Origin: Octopus vulgaris
Lineage: Eukaryota
DNA: 64,000 nucleotides
Assembly (NCBI GenBank): GCA_951406725.2
Contig: OX597819.1
Span: 101,866,001-101,930,000, forward strand
Reading direction: 5' to 3'
The notes below the pieces were generated by a model. It ran no database searches and was not told the origin of the DNA. It saw only the letters and a program-made list of their open reading frames with translations. Below, in pieces: positions 13,584 to 28,030 of this stretch (positions are counted from its first letter, which is position 1; each line of letters begins with the position of its first letter). A program made the translations under genes and the position numbers.

Positions 13584-14071
13584 GTGTGTTAATGTATGTA
13601 TGTGTGTCTCAATGTTTGTATAATGCATATTCAGACATTATCATGCATAAAATTTTACATAGATATAAACTTAAATTCACGCAAGTTTGTTGAGATAATT
13701 GTATATACAAGTAGATGAAAGCCAAACAAAAGAAAGATATTTGTATATGATATCGTGTACACATAGGTGTATGGTGAGGTTGTATAGATCATCATATATT
13801 CTTATAAATATTTACATCAATATGCACACAAAAGCTCCAAACATAACACGTATATCACTCGCACTCAGTCTTGGAAGCTAACACATTCTATATATATATA
13901 TCTGTGTGTGTGTGTGTGTGTGTGTGTGTTTATATATATAAATATATAAATATATATATGATATATGATAAAAATATGTCTGTGTATGTATATGTACACC
14001 TATGTATTTACATATGCACACATATATCTATTTATAAGCACATGTATATGTACATGCATACATACGTAATG

Positions 14072-14105
<34 letters not shown>

Positions 14106-14174
14106 AGTATACACGCATATTGCAACATTGCATGTTTGTGTGATTGAGTGCTCGTGTGTGAGTATCTAGTTCCC

Positions 14175-14228
<54 letters not shown>

Positions 14229-14295
14229 ATGTGTATATATATATATATATATATATACATATATATATACATATATATATATGTATATATGTATA

Positions 14296-14329
<34 letters not shown>

Positions 14330-15156
14330 AATGTATGTATGTATGTATGTATGTATGTATGCAAGAATGTATGATTGTATTGACGTACGTATGAATGTAC
14401 GTATGCAACTATGTATATATGGGTGTGTGCATATGAAAATATATGTATATATATCGTGAATATAAGTATGTATGTATTTAATCATATGCATGGTAGTGCA
14501 TATTTGTGCGTATATGCGTGTAAATATTTGCTACATTTCTTGGAGGAAATCTACAGAATTATTGTTAGTTAAACCCTCACGCCATTTCTATACACACACA
14601 CACATATATCGTGGATGAACTGCCCTTCTTGACAGCATCAGCTCCATCGATTTCTCCCAACCCCCGCCAGCCACAACACTCTCCATCGCCACAATCAGCG
14701 GCAACAACAACACTTAAAAACCAATAATCTTGATACTACTCCTAACGACATTACAACCAATCTCTCTTCCTCCATATGCTACCGGCCTCACAACTGAAGT
14801 TTGGCACGCATATGCTCTGTGTGTGTTAGCGATGCGTTGCGGATTCATCTGATGTTCGTTTGTTTTGTTTTGCTTTTCTTTTTGTTTGTTTGTTTGTTTT
14901 TTTTTCTTGATACAGCTATACCATTCCTTAGATCTATCAGCAATCACGTGCCATTCTATTGATACTTTAGATTCAATATGTTCAAGAAGAAAACATTATA
15001 AAGATAATGATGATGCTAATTATGGCAATTATTATAACTTTGACGATGTTTGATGATGGTGGTGATGTTGGTGCTTCTAGAGATGTTGATTGCAATCAAA
15101 TTCGTGTACACACCACACTCGTATAATAAATGCATATATTATATTACAGTACATTA

Positions 15157-15216
<60 letters not shown>

Positions 15217-15305
15217 CCAATAGAATTTGGGAATATAAGTTATGTAGTGTATGTGTGTATGTATGTATAAAGGTTTGCAAACATGATGTTTATACTCACA
15301 CACAT

Positions 15306-15404
<99 letters not shown>

Positions 15405-16012
15405 ATTTTTGCAAACATTATACATACATACACTACATAAATTATGTTCCCAAATTCTGTGGCTTCTCTTTGAGCTTATATCACAAACAATGGAATTTCA
15501 AAGAGGTTGCTCATTCTGCTAGAAATAGCCGATCTGTACATTATCTCCGACTGTATAATATTTCTAGTTCCCACCACAAAGAATTGCCAGTAGAACAAGT
15601 AAAACCCATATAATTCAGCCCATGTTTAAAATAGGTGTTAATTCTTGCACTGTGGTTCGTAAAATGTAAGGAGAATAGAGTAGGCACTATTCTATATAAG
15701 CTGAATCAAAGAAACTTGAACCTGACGAATATGAGATTAATATAAATATAAGACTAGTCTTTACTTCCGAGACATTCCATGTAAAGCAGAAAAGACACTT
15801 ATGGACTCGAAGAGATTGTATTAATTTTCTACATTCATTTTCATTCAAACTTACAAAAGTGCAATTTCTGTAAGATACTCGAAATTTGGAAATAGTGTAT
15901 TACGGATCCAAATATAACGGTAGACTTTTGAAAAAAACTGGCTAATTTAAGTAGATACGTTTTTATAGCCTAAAATATCAGAGATCGAATAATAGTGAAT
16001 GCAATTTGGAAT

Positions 16013-16097
16013 TAGATGTAGCGGAAGTAAATATAACTATCAGATGTAGCGGAAATAAATATATTTATCAGATGTAGTGGAAGTAAATATATTTATA
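16013..16097. repeat. 28-bp minisatellite, 3 copies (AGATGTAGCGGAAGTAAATATA...)
   Basis: Direct reading. Confidence 0.85.
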
Positions 16098-16099
16098 TT

Positions 16100-17860
16100 A
16101 CTTAAACGAAACTTTCAGAAAACAGATTACCAATATGAACATTACAAATGCAAACAAAGCAAATGATAAGACACAAGAAAACTAAACTCCAGAAACATCT
16201 AGAGAATATACCGATCAACAAAAGCAGAAACGTTAACAATAGGGTATGTAAGGAAAAATTAAGAATGTCAAATTTTAAGCCTAAAAATCGTGAACACAAT
16301 TGAAGGTGGAAATGATTAAGGAATTAAAAACAAAAGACTTTCATATGAAACAATGAAACTATGAAGAAATGGAAGCTGAGCAGTATATGCTTAAGAAAGA
16401 CAAATGTGAACATCAATATTACCAGGTTAAACCAAATATCATGTGCGCCTGCTACTGTAGCGAGAAATGAAATAGGAGACATCTATTCGTATAGCAATAT
16501 CAAAATCGAAGCAAACAATATGGGAAACAAACGAAAAAAAAACAGTATAAAGTTAAAGATCTACCAATCCCTAATGAAATCGATAAGGAAACGGCACAAT
16601 GTTTGTGAGAAATATCACATAAATAGATGTAGCTGAAATCAAAAACGCTCGAGGCAAGAGATCCTTGTCTAAGATTAAAGAAACAGTCAGTTTGAATAGC
16701 GACAATGATTATTTAAACAAAACAAGCTGTTCAACTCCCAAAACGATTTAACCAAAAATAGATACAAATCAGTGTACTCCCACCACTTGGGTAAGTGTAC
16801 AAAAGGTGATGGTACCATCATAGACGAGTTTGTTTAAGAGCTGAAAACAATAAACCAGTAATAATAGAGTACAGAAAAAGAACACTGCATGTACAAACAC
16901 GTAAAAGCAATCCTAAGTTTCAGGTAAGATATTTAAAAAGGCTGTATAAAGCGCTAGAAGAAACTTTCAATATAGGATTGAGGAATACAGGTTAAATGAA
17001 GGCAACAATGTTCTCTGTTTAGACGCTGAGGATAAGGAAAAGAAGAAACACTGCTTCTGAGAGTAGACGGATCAACTAACATGAAATTCATGTGATAAAT
17101 ATAGGCGAAGACAACTTCTGACGGCATGAGAACTAAAAAAAGGTTATAACACATAAAGAATCAGAATTAATAGAAACACATCAAGCACAAATTTACAAAT
17201 GCTTAGTAATGAATGAACTAAATATGGTACAAGACCCACATGAAAGAAATGTTGATGAGGAAATATTATAGACGCATTAGATTAAAGCGCAAATGTGTGC
17301 TAAATGGTAAAATATGGTTATAGGCATCAATATACTTTGGCTGTTGCAATAAAAGAAGAAATATAGTTTTATTATTGTAAATCGAATTTCTAAATAAACT
17401 AACAATTCTGACTGAATATAGAGGAAATATAATAACTACATTTATAATATATCACACTAAATCCGATATAGTTGAGATAATATATAATCCGAAAGAAGAA
17501 ATGTAAAAGCCGTACGCAACGAGAAAAAGTATCATAAAATATATAATGCAGGACTGCATTTAAAAATATCTGGTAAAAAATACTTGAAAACACATTGCTA
17601 TGAAAATGAACTTGTAAACTCTGTCTTCTTCAGTGAAAGAAATGAAAATACTACAAAATCAGCAACAGAAATTATGAAATGTCTACGAACGCAAAAAGAA
17701 AATTTGGCATCAGAACGTCATGTTCAGTCAGTGGTAAGTTAAAGCTCTCATGGAAAATACCTTAAAAGAGAAAGAAGGAAAAAATGAAGGGGATGTGAAC
17801 AAAGAAAAGTCGTAACTAAAATTTAGGGCTCAGTAATCAAGTACGGTTAGGTAAGCAGTA
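16100..17860 (+). pseudogene. Very decayed R4/Dong-like non-LTR retrotransposon relic
   Basis: A-rich strand bias; scattered motifs QIYKCL (~YKYLG), IGIN..AV (~KAINTWAV), HGKY (~LHGQY) in the expected order. Confidence 0.4.
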
Positions 17861-17969
17861 TTAAATCCCGGGATATGCTAGTATTCGGAATATAGGCCAC
17901 GTAATTTTATTAATACAAAACACACACACACACACATATTTATATATGTATATCAATCCGTATATACCT

Positions 17970-18018
<49 letters not shown>

Positions 18019-18109
18019 CAACAATTGGGGGTAAAATTAATTAATTATTAATCAAATTCACCAAGTGTTCAGTATGCAAAGGGACCATTTAAGGCGAATT
18101 CAAATAATG

Positions 18110-18313
<204 letters not shown>

Positions 18314-18797
18314 GTGTATGTATGCATGCAACTATGAATATACATTATTAGTGTGATTAGCTAAGTTATTAAACATAAACCACTCAAGAAGTATATGCAT
18401 TTAAAGATCTTAAGGATATGCTCCCCTCCGTTGTGACCCAGATAAAATCAGTGCAGCTTTTTACTAGGCAAAATGTCACGATTAAAGAGGAGAGAAAGGA
18501 GAGGAGGGGAGGACAGTGTTAAGAATATAATGTATGTCGAAAAGTAAAATATTCTGTGAGTGTACGTCTATGTATGTGTTTATGTATAAGTGTGTGTGTG
18601 TGTATGTGTCTATTTGTTGGTTTGTGTTTGTATAAAACGATACTATATTAGACATGAAGGGAGACTTACATAGGTGTGTGCGCGTGTGTGTGTATGTTTA
18701 TGTGTGTATGTGTGTGCCTGTGTGTATGTGTGTATGTGCGCGTGAGCCATTTCTAGAGTATGCTTGCAAAAAAGACACTACATTAGAGATAGATGTC

Positions 18798-18868
<71 letters not shown>

Positions 18869-20663
18869 ATCTCTAATGTAGTGTCTTTCAAGCATACATA
18901 TATACACATAACATATATATATATATATATATATTATTATATATATATATATATATACATATATGTATGCATATATATATGTACATACATATATGTATAC
19001 ATATATATATATACACACATATATATATACATACATATATTTATATATGCATATATATATATGTATATATATGCATACGCACATGTGTGTGTAAACAAAT
19101 GCATATATTATGTGTATGTGTATCTCCCTACACACACACATATATATATTATACTTGTATATATAGAAATACATACATGAGAAGGAGAAATGATATATTA
19201 TACTTGTATATATAGAAACACATACATGAGAAGGAGAAATGTTTAAAAAGAAAGGGAAGTATAGGGAGAGAGAATGAGAGAGAGAGGAGAGAGCGAAAAA
19301 TATTCAAAGGGAGCTATAAAGTTGGGTTTTAATATTGACTGCATAGACAAATAGGTAGATATATATATGTGTGTGTATATGTGTATGAATGTTTATGCAT
19401 GTATTAGTATGTGTATATATATTTATAGATACACACGTATATATGTATGTGTTTCTATGTGTGAGTGTGTGTTTGTGAGAGAGAGAGAGGAAAAGGTGAA
19501 TGATGGATATAAACAGAGAGAAAGAGAGATAAGTGAGAAAGAAAAAAAATTGATTGTGGGAAATATTGGGATAGAGCTGTAAAATACTATACATATACAT
19601 ATATACTGACATGCACACAAACACGAACATATACACACATTTACCTACATATATATATATGTGTGTGTGTGTGTCTGCATATATGTGTTTTTGCATACTT
19701 ATAAATGTGTATGATGGAAAATAAAGCATAGATATTAGGCGTAAGAATTGCGACAATGTTAAGTAGAGGTGAAAATGAAAGTTGTAGAAGAGGTGAGTGA
19801 GGTTTTGGGATGAGAAGAGAGGTGTTTTGGTTGAACTGATAGTAGCGTTCAGCTGATATGACGCAGGAAAGAAGAGAGATGGATTAAATTCGCCAAACGA
19901 GATAGATGTGATAAAAGGCAATAAAAGACGATTTTTCTATTCACAGTTCATTGAACTGGCATGTGTATCTCATTGAGCTTTTTTCATTCTCTTTCTCTTA
20001 TATAGGCATGACATATTGGCGAATGAGCAAACAGTAGAAAATGTGTAGAAAAGTGCAGTTGCATTTCAGACTGACGGCACTAGAAAAATGAATAGATTGC
20101 CAGAAAACGGAAGAACGAGACACGCACAGCTAAGAAGTGGTTATTTAACCATTTCTTTTGACCTGTGAAGCGTCCGCTCTTGCCTTCATTTCGTTCTGAC
20201 CAGCAATTTTCTTTTTATTACGTTTTGCTGATTCCCCAACCTTGCTGTTTTATGCGTTGATACACTTGTATAAATAATATATATCTGTGTGTGTGTGTGC
20301 GCACGCGCGTGTGTATATATGTGTGTATGTGTGTGTGTGTGCTTGTGTGTATGTGTGTATGTCTATTCGTGTGTGTGTCTGTATGCATATGATTTTATAT
20401 ACATGAATATAGACATATGCATTTGTACATGTGTGTGGGTGTATATATATATATGTGTGTGTGTGTATACATATATGCATATCTATCTCTCTGTATATGT
20501 ATACATACAAATATATGCACACATATATGTATGTGTATATAAATATTCACACACAAACACTCGTATATTCCATGCTTATATATATATGCATTTCCTGCAC
20601 AAACACATATAGAAGCATTTATTTATATATCTACGTTTGTAAATCGGGTATATGTATAAATAC

Positions 20664-20709
<46 letters not shown>

Positions 20710-20721
20710 TACATATATATT

Positions 20722-20900
20722 CTTTCTTTTCTTTTATTCTTTTAGTTCTTTTAGTCAGTCATTCGACTGCGGCCATACTGGAGCACCGCCATTAGACGAA
20801 CAAATCGACCCGAGAACTTATTCTTTGTAGTACTTATTCTATCGGTCTCTTTTGCCGCACCGCTAAGTTACGAGGACGCAAGCACAGGCATAAACACAAC

Positions 20901-20951
<51 letters not shown>

Positions 20952-21115
20952 ATACGACGGGTTTCTTTCAGTTTCCGTCTACCAAATCTACTCACAAGGC
21001 TTTGGTTGGCCCGACGCTATGCCAGAAAACCCTTGTCCAAAGTGCCACGCAGTGGGACTGAACTCGGAACCATGTGGCTGGGAAGCAAGCTTCTTACCAC
21101 ACAGCCACTCCTGTG

Positions 21116-21118
<3 letters not shown>
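20722..21118 (-). mobile_element. SINE family A, full length
   Basis: Reverse complement of the 7321-7696 architecture. Confidence 0.9.
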
Positions 21119-21156
<38 letters not shown>

Positions 21157-21249
21157 CGGGAAGCTATGAAAATAAACAAAAGACGAAGGCAGGTAAAACA
21201 AACGAACAATTGTATTAGTATGGCGCTCAGGAAATATAAATAAAACAAG

Positions 21250-21287
21250 TCTTTAACGTTTCGAGCCTACGCTCTTCAACAGAAAGA
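21250..21287 (-). ncRNA. Minimal type I hammerhead-like motif at the Penelope 3' end
   Basis: Minus strand TCTTT-CTGTTGA-A-GAGC(GTAG)GCTC-GAAA-C-GTT-AAAGA; stems I and II are perfect, with one core deviation (CTGTTGA). Confidence 0.7.
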
Positions 21288-22147
21288 TACACAGAGAGAG
21301 AAAAACACAGAAAGAAGGAGAGAAAAAAATGCGTGCAGTAGCTAACGAATCAACATGGCGATCTGATTTCGGCCAGAGGTCAAAGATCAAACATGAGACG
21401 CGAGAGCGAAATAAGGGGAGATAATAGGGTTGATAAAAGGGTTGAGGGACCAGCTAAAAGTGCGTGGGAGGGGTCTGGATGTGTGTATGTATAGGGTTGG
21501 TGTATGTATTAGTATGTATAAGGGTGTGTGTGTGTGTGTGTGTGTGTGTATGAGAGTATTAGTGCGTAAGATTGGTCTGGACGTGCGTATGTATGGGGTT
21601 GGTGTATGTATTAGTATGTATTAGTATGTATTAGTACGTATTGGTATGTATAGGTGTGTGTGTGTTTGTGTGAGAGAGTATAAGTGCGTATGAGGGGTCT
21701 GGACGTGTGTATGTATAGGGTTGGTGTAAGTATTAGTATGTACTAGTATGTATTAGTACGTATTAGTATGTATTAGTTGGTGTGTGTATTAGTATGGCAC
21801 ATCATATGTGATGTGATGTGTAAAGTCATGTGGTGTAGTGAGGAGAAGAGGGGGAGGGGAGAAGAGGGGGAGAAGGGGAGGGGAAGAAGAGGGGAGGAGA
21901 AGGGGGAAGAGGAGAGGATGGGGGAGAAGGAAGGGGAGGAGGGGGATGAATGAGGAAAGAGGGAGAGGGGGAGAGAGAGGGAGTGAGGGAGCAGAGGGAA
22001 GGGGAGAGAGGGAGTGAGGGAGCAGAGGGAAGGGGAAGAGGGAGGGAGAAAGAGGGAAGAAGGGAAGGGGAGTAGGGGTGAAAGGATGAAGGACTGAAGA
22101 AGTAGGGGTCGGGGGGAGAAAGGATAGGTGAGGAGGGGGAGAGGGGG

Positions 22148-23418
22148 TTAGATGAGGAGGGGGGCAGAGTTGAGACCAAATGGCGTATAAGAGCGAAGAG
22201 AGAAGATTAATTCCTGTTCACGGCGCAAACGGGAATCCGGATGGCCTCTGTGTAAGGACAAACCGAACACAGATAGGTGTTGCAAGGAGTGACCGGTGGA
22301 GCGGAAATGGCGTGAGACCGGTGTGTCGTTCGCAAGGTGGATGTCACGAAGGTGTTCCGCGAACCGGTCAGCCAAGCGGCGTCCCGTTTGTCCGATGTAC
22401 AAGGAATTGCAGAGAGAGCAAGAGATGCAATAGATAATATTGCTGGAGGTGCAGGTGAAGGAGTGGATGATGGGATAGGGTCGATGGTGGGTGCTAGTGA
22501 GGCGGGTGGTTTTGGAGAGGTAAGGGCAAGTGCGGCAACGTGGGCGGGAGCAGGGGAACGAGCCGGGTTGGGAGGTAGGGTCAGGGAAGGAGCTATGGAC
22601 CAAAAGGTCTCGAAGGTTGTGGGCTCGTTTGAAAGAGGGGAGGGGTCGGTTAGGGAAGAGGTGTGAAGTGGACGGGTCGGACTGGAGATGACGGAAAGCT
22701 CGAAGAATGGTGCGTTGGAGAGGTAGGGTCGTGGGGTGGTAAGTGAGGGGAAAAGGGAGGCGGGAGACTACAGGGCGGGTTCGGGGAGAGAGAGCAGATA
22801 CACGGTCCACGGACCGTGCTCTGGCAAGGGCGGTGTGGATAGTGGTGAGGGGGTATCCACGTAGGGTGAAGTGGTGAGCCATACGTTGAGACTGAGTCTC
22901 AAAGTCATGGTCGTCACTACAGAGCCTACGTAGACGGAGGAATTGGGAATAGGGGATGGAAAGCTTGGTGTGTTCTGGGTGGGAGGAAGAGAAGTTGAGG
23001 TATGAGTGTGAGTCTGTGTGTTTGTAGTGAATGGAGGTGGTAAGAGTGGAGTGAAGAATGCTAACCGAAATGTCGAGGAAGGAGACAGAGGTGTTGGAGA
23101 TAGTGGAAGTGAAGTGGAGGGCTGGATGGAAAGATTGGACGAAAGAGAGGAAGGAATCTAGATGTTCGCGGGAGAGTGAGGTGGCACCGATAATGTCGTC
23201 AATATAACGACCATATAGTTCAGGAGTGGGACCAGTGAAATTAGAGAATATTTGGGCCTCAACATAGCCAACGAACAGGTTCGCATAGTTGGGGCCCATT
23301 CGCGTTCCCATGGCCACTCCCGAGAACTGATGGTAGAACTCGCCCGCGAACGAGAAGCAGTTCAGAGTAAGGACAAGTTCGGCCAGACGAATGAGTGTGG
23401 AGGTGTCAGGTACAGGGT

Positions 23419-23419
<1 letters not shown>
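22148..23419 (-). CDS. Penelope-like reverse transcriptase (C-terminal part) + Cys-rich linker + GIY-YIG endonuclease; 423 codons open, no own start codon
   Basis: GVAMGTRMGPNYANLF, YGRYIDDI, VSFLDI, SIPYSQFLRLRRLCS, CSRPRCRTC, NIIYCISC...YIGQTGRRLADRFAEH, FGLN; the first 59 aa of the track ORF are microsatellite read-through. Confidence 0.93.
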
Positions 23420-23480
<61 letters not shown>

Positions 23481-23877
23481 AGACTCATACACACAAAAAC
23501 GCACACATATACATATGAGTGCGTATGCATTTGTAAAATATTAATGATAGAAGTGAATATTTCTTCGTGGCAGTGTTTAAGAAATAGCATTGTCAATTTA
23601 GAAAATAGTCACATTGAATAACGGGACATTATTTGTGAACCCACACATCTTGTTTTAGGATTAACAGTGCTGACTGATTACAGCAGCATACCCACCGTTG
23701 TTTTTCCCTTTAAATTTAGGGACTATGATTTAATAGCAGTAAATATGTAACTATTAATATGTAAAATATAGCAACAGAAACCAATTGCTGCATCATTCCT
23801 AACAAATGCCACTAACCTTCAGACATGAAATGGAGATCTATGATTGTCGATGCTGTAGCGATGACACAAATTATAGA

Positions 23878-24065
23878 TCTTTACATTTTACATGTTTCAG
23901 TCATCGGAATACGGCTGCGCTGGAGCACCACCTTGAAATGTTTAGTCAGAAAAATTGATCTAGTAATTATGTTTTGAGTCTCGTATATATTCTATCGGCC
24001 TCCTTTGCAGAACTGCTAAGTTCCGCCCAGGGACGTAAAGAAACCAACAAAGGTTGGCAAGCAGT
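23878..24065 (-). mobile_element. SINE family A, 3' half, diverged
   Basis: TGTTTCAGTCAT...GCTGGAGCACCACC, CTGCTAAGTT. Confidence 0.7.
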
Positions 24066-24176
24066 TGAAATAGGGTCAAAGACGCATATAAAATACACAT
24101 GCACTATATCAACTAAATATAATTTCTCTTAAATTATGGAGAGCTCAGTACAGTTACGGCTTATTTGAGGTTTCCA

Positions 24177-24382
24177 TACGAGGGGTGCTGAAAAGCGTAT
24201 CGGGAAAGGTCTGGCTGGAGGCCCAAATTTTGGAGTTCTTTACCAGGGCTTAGGAAAACTGAATCACAGCTGCAATAAGTGTGTGAATACAAGAGGGGAA
24301 TTTGTTGAATAAAATCATAATTAGCTGTTCCTTATCTATTTAATTTTACACAAAGACAGGAACTTTTCAGCAATCCATCATA
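24177..24382 (+). mobile_element. Mariner-derived MITE
   Basis: TIRs TACGAGGGGTGCTGAAAAG / CTTTTCAGCAATCCATCATA; residual KCVNTRGEFVE*, typical of the mariner C-terminus. Confidence 0.75.
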
Positions 24383-24871
24383 ACTTATACAAGGGTGTAA
24401 AACTGATCATACCATGGATAGAGCGGCGGTTTATTGTCAGAGAAATTCAATAAATAGACTATCTCTTTTCTTGGCATTTAGGTAAAGTGAGGCACGTTGG
24501 TAGCCTTAAGTGACACGAATTCAGATATAGAGAAAAATAATAGTTACCAATTACATACAAGCAAATATACACATAGGCGTATACATCAAATATACACAAA
24601 CATATACATATACCTATATACACTGTATGGAACTGGTATATAAACATGTGTGTGTGTACGTGTGAGTGAGTCTGAGTGTGTAAATACATATGTATATATT
24701 TATATACATAGATATACATACGGAGAGACATGCATATATAATGTTTCCCAGATTATCAATTAGAGATCTACAAATATGTTGTTTGTTTATGTGTTCTAAA
24801 CAGTACATTTCAAATGTAAATAGAATATTTAAATAAATAAAAACAGAATCGGACAGATAGGGTGTAGATTG

Positions 24872-24929
<58 letters not shown>

Positions 24930-25338
24930 TGGGGTCGAATATCTTACCAGATATATAGAACACAGAATGTTTGACACATACCGCACATACACACGCAAAC
25001 ACACGCAAAATCATACATACGCATACACGTGCAAGACGTGCACAAATATATACATGTATATTTATTCATCAGTATATATATAGATATATAATGCATATAT
25101 ATATATACATATTAGTATACATACACATAACACAAATACACATATACATATATGCATGACTACATAATACGTACACACCATATATACATACATGCTACAT
25201 ATATATGTATACTAATATTTCTGTATGCATAAGTGTATATATATATATATATTTAATATATGTGATCATACAGGTGTATGTATAAACATATATACATATA
25301 AACTTTCATATACATAAGTATACCCACACATACACACT

Positions 25339-25375
<37 letters not shown>

Positions 25376-26486
25376 ATACGTATGAATGTACGTATTTCCG
25401 CACTTTTGTGTGTATATCTATGTTTCCATTTATATATGCATGTATGCATGTATGTATGTACGTATTTATATAGGTATATATGTTTGGATGTATGTATGTG
25501 TGCGCGCGTATGTATGTCTATATGTATATAGGAATACACAGACCTTTGCTTGATTGCTAAGCCAGTAAACAACATAAATCTATTAAACTCTATTAAACCA
25601 GTGGCAGCAAATTCAATCTTCTTGTGTAAATATTTACCAAAAATTCTTCAGAAACGATCTTAACTATTTCCACAGAATCTCATCTTCCTGAGAGACACCT
25701 CCCTTCTTTAAATTCCTCGTCTTATTTCCGACATAATCTCTGTTATATATACACAAAAGTCGTAATAAATATTCGTGTATATTAGAAGTATTTTCTATGG
25801 TTTGATTATAGTGATGTTTCTGAGATCATTTTGTCCTTGTTCTTGGGAGTTTCATTAGTCTGCTGCTAGGAATGGTGATGCTTGATGGAATTCTGTTGTC
25901 ATAGTTGATATTGATCTCTTTGCTGTTCTTGTAGTCGCTACTGTTGTTATTCTTGGCATTTTGTATTGCTTCACGAGAGGATTTTCCCATGCTGTTCTCA
26001 ATCTAATCACAGAAGAATTTACCTCTTGCCTTTGCACTTGATCCTTGTATAGTCACATATCTGTTTGTTTGATATCTGATTGAATTTACCTATAACCCAT
26101 CCATTTATCAGACATAGTGTGTCCAGAGCTACATTAATCCCTATATTCTTCCTTGTTACATTTTGTGTATTCTGTATCGATGCAGGCATGACAGAGCGGT
26201 AAAAATATTGCCTCATAAATACTGGGTTTTATAGCCGATTTGATTGCATCTTAAAAGAGTATCATTTGGCATAGTCTCTAGTAGATCCTAGATATATAAG
26301 TGAAACTGGGTAGACAGAAAATGTCTGGAAGCTCGTTGGATGGCTTGTACCTGCAATTCTAAAAAGGGCAGCTATGTCATATTATGCATCAGGCTGATTC
26401 TACTTGAGAATTATACTGAAGAGAGGGAGGGGGAGAGAGAGAATGAAAAAAAAACAAAAATTTGAATACGTTGGTTGTAATCGTTC

Positions 26487-26830
26487 TCAAATCGACAATG
26501 CTCTTCTCAATACGTGTGACATACTAGTTAAAACAATTTTTTGCACTTCTTGCAGGGATGGTAAACCTGGGATCATTCTCAAATAATTTTCAGTTCCTTC
26601 TTTGATCATTCCAAGTGATCCTACAATCAATGATATCGTAACCACCTTGAGATGCCACATTTTTTTCAATTTCAATTAGCAAATCTTTGTATTTTCTGAG
26701 CTTGTCAAATTTTTTTGCTGCGATATTATGATCACAAGGAATAATCATGTTAAGCAATAAACAAATTTTGCTTTTTTCATTTCATTTTAAATATAAACAA
26801 TCTGGTATGTTTAGTTTTATGGCCTATCAA
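26487..26830 (-). pseudogene. R4/Dong-like LINE, restriction-like endonuclease C-terminus
   Basis: IPD...ICLLLNMIIPCDHNIAAKKFDKLRKYKDLLIEIEK/MWHLKVVTISLIVGSLGMIK...LQEVQKIVL...VLRRAL. Confidence 0.75.
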
Positions 26831-26919
26831 TGTCTACAGTGAGTTTCTTTGGCCGAGGAGTCGGAAAGACACTCGGAAAGGAATGGAAGCAAAATTGAAA
26901 GAAAGACTCATAATAATAA

Positions 26920-27135
26920 TAATCTGTTCTACTCTAAGCACAAAGTCTGAAATTTGGCAGGAGGTGACAAGTCGATTACATCGATACCAGTGCTTGAGTG
27001 GTACTTAATTTATCGGCCACGAACGGATGAAAGGCAAAGTAGACCTTAGCGGAATTTGAACTCAGAAAGTACAAACGGACGAAATGCCGCTTAGCATTTT
27101 GCCCAGCGTGCTAACGATTCTGTCAGCTCGCCGAT
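26920..27135 (-). mobile_element. SINE family B
   Basis: GGTACTTAATTTATCG...GGATGAAAGGCAAAG...GGAATTTGAACTCAGAA...CAGCTCGCCG, shared with 42470, 46440 and 49488. Confidence 0.85.
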
Positions 27136-27189
27136 TACTCATGATAATGATAATAATGACTTGCTCTGTTCATTACTTTACTTGATCGC

Positions 27190-28030
27190 AGATCATCTTA
27201 TGAGCTTACGAAGATTAGGAAGAAAATAAAGTATACGCTACGTATGGTTGGTCTTACAGTAAACACCAAACACGAAAAGGACCTGGATTCTCTTACTCAG
27301 ACACAAAAAATATTGCAAGGGTATTGAGATGCATTATGGGGGTGAATAAGTATACAGTATTAGTTATAAAGAGAGACTGATAAATTAAATCTGATGGTAC
27401 AAATTTAACTTAATATGATATCATTAGATTATTTAAAGATGATGCAGGATACAAATACGTAACGGTGATGCAGAACGATAAGGTAATGGAAAGAGAAACG
27501 AGGGAGGAACTTTCGAAAGAGTACAAGGGAAGGATTAGGCAATTAAATGGAATGTACCATGATAGTGTTGAGATACTCTGTTCCTTTTGTAAAAGGGTCA
27601 AAGACAGAGGTTAAGGAATTAGATGGAAAAACTATGAAGTTGCTTATAATGCACGACGTGCCCCCGCCTAAACAGTTATCTCGACAAGTTCCCCTTACCA
27701 AGAAAGAAAACAAAGTTTTGTTAAATGCAGAAGACACCATTTGTATAGTAATACTGGGTTTGAAAAATGTTATACATAGTGAAGAATGCTGTCTGCGGCT
27801 AGAAATATTCACAAAGTCACTGAAACGGTAGGAGAATTCAAGAACAGAAAGAGTAACAACAGGCCCAAAAGCTAGAGAGAAAAGGGATTATAGGGACATT
27901 TCATGCAACAAAGATAGAAAGTTGGTCGTAATGAATGCTGGTTGTGACTGATATACGGAAACAAGAAATGAACAGTTGAAACACTGATTATAGCTGCTCA
28001 GAAGAAAACCCTTACAATGAATTAAATAAA
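27190..28030 (+). pseudogene. R4/Dong-like LINE RT/post-RT relic
   Basis: KDLDSLTQT, IEMHYG, GYKYV, VLRYSVPFVKGSKTEVKELDGKTMKLLIMH, ETLIIAAQ in disrupted frames. Confidence 0.7.

Larger units (their letters stand above)
21156..23419 (-). mobile_element. Penelope-like retroelement (Neptune-type), 5'-truncated, flanked by (TA)n at both ends
   Basis: RT + GIY-YIG ORF, pyrimidine-rich 3' UTR, ~120-bp tandem repeats (21470-21790), 3' terminal segment with an HHR motif. Confidence 0.93.

Noticed and set aside
21826-22666. Pro/Ser-rich ORF and plus-strand ORFs overlapping the Penelope element
   Set aside because: Low-complexity UTR read-through and antisense shadows of the real minus-strand ORF
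23420-23596. N-terminal 59 aa of the 482-aa ORF as a real protein start
   Set aside because: Runs through (TC)n/(TA)n flanking DNA; the element is 5'-truncated at 23419
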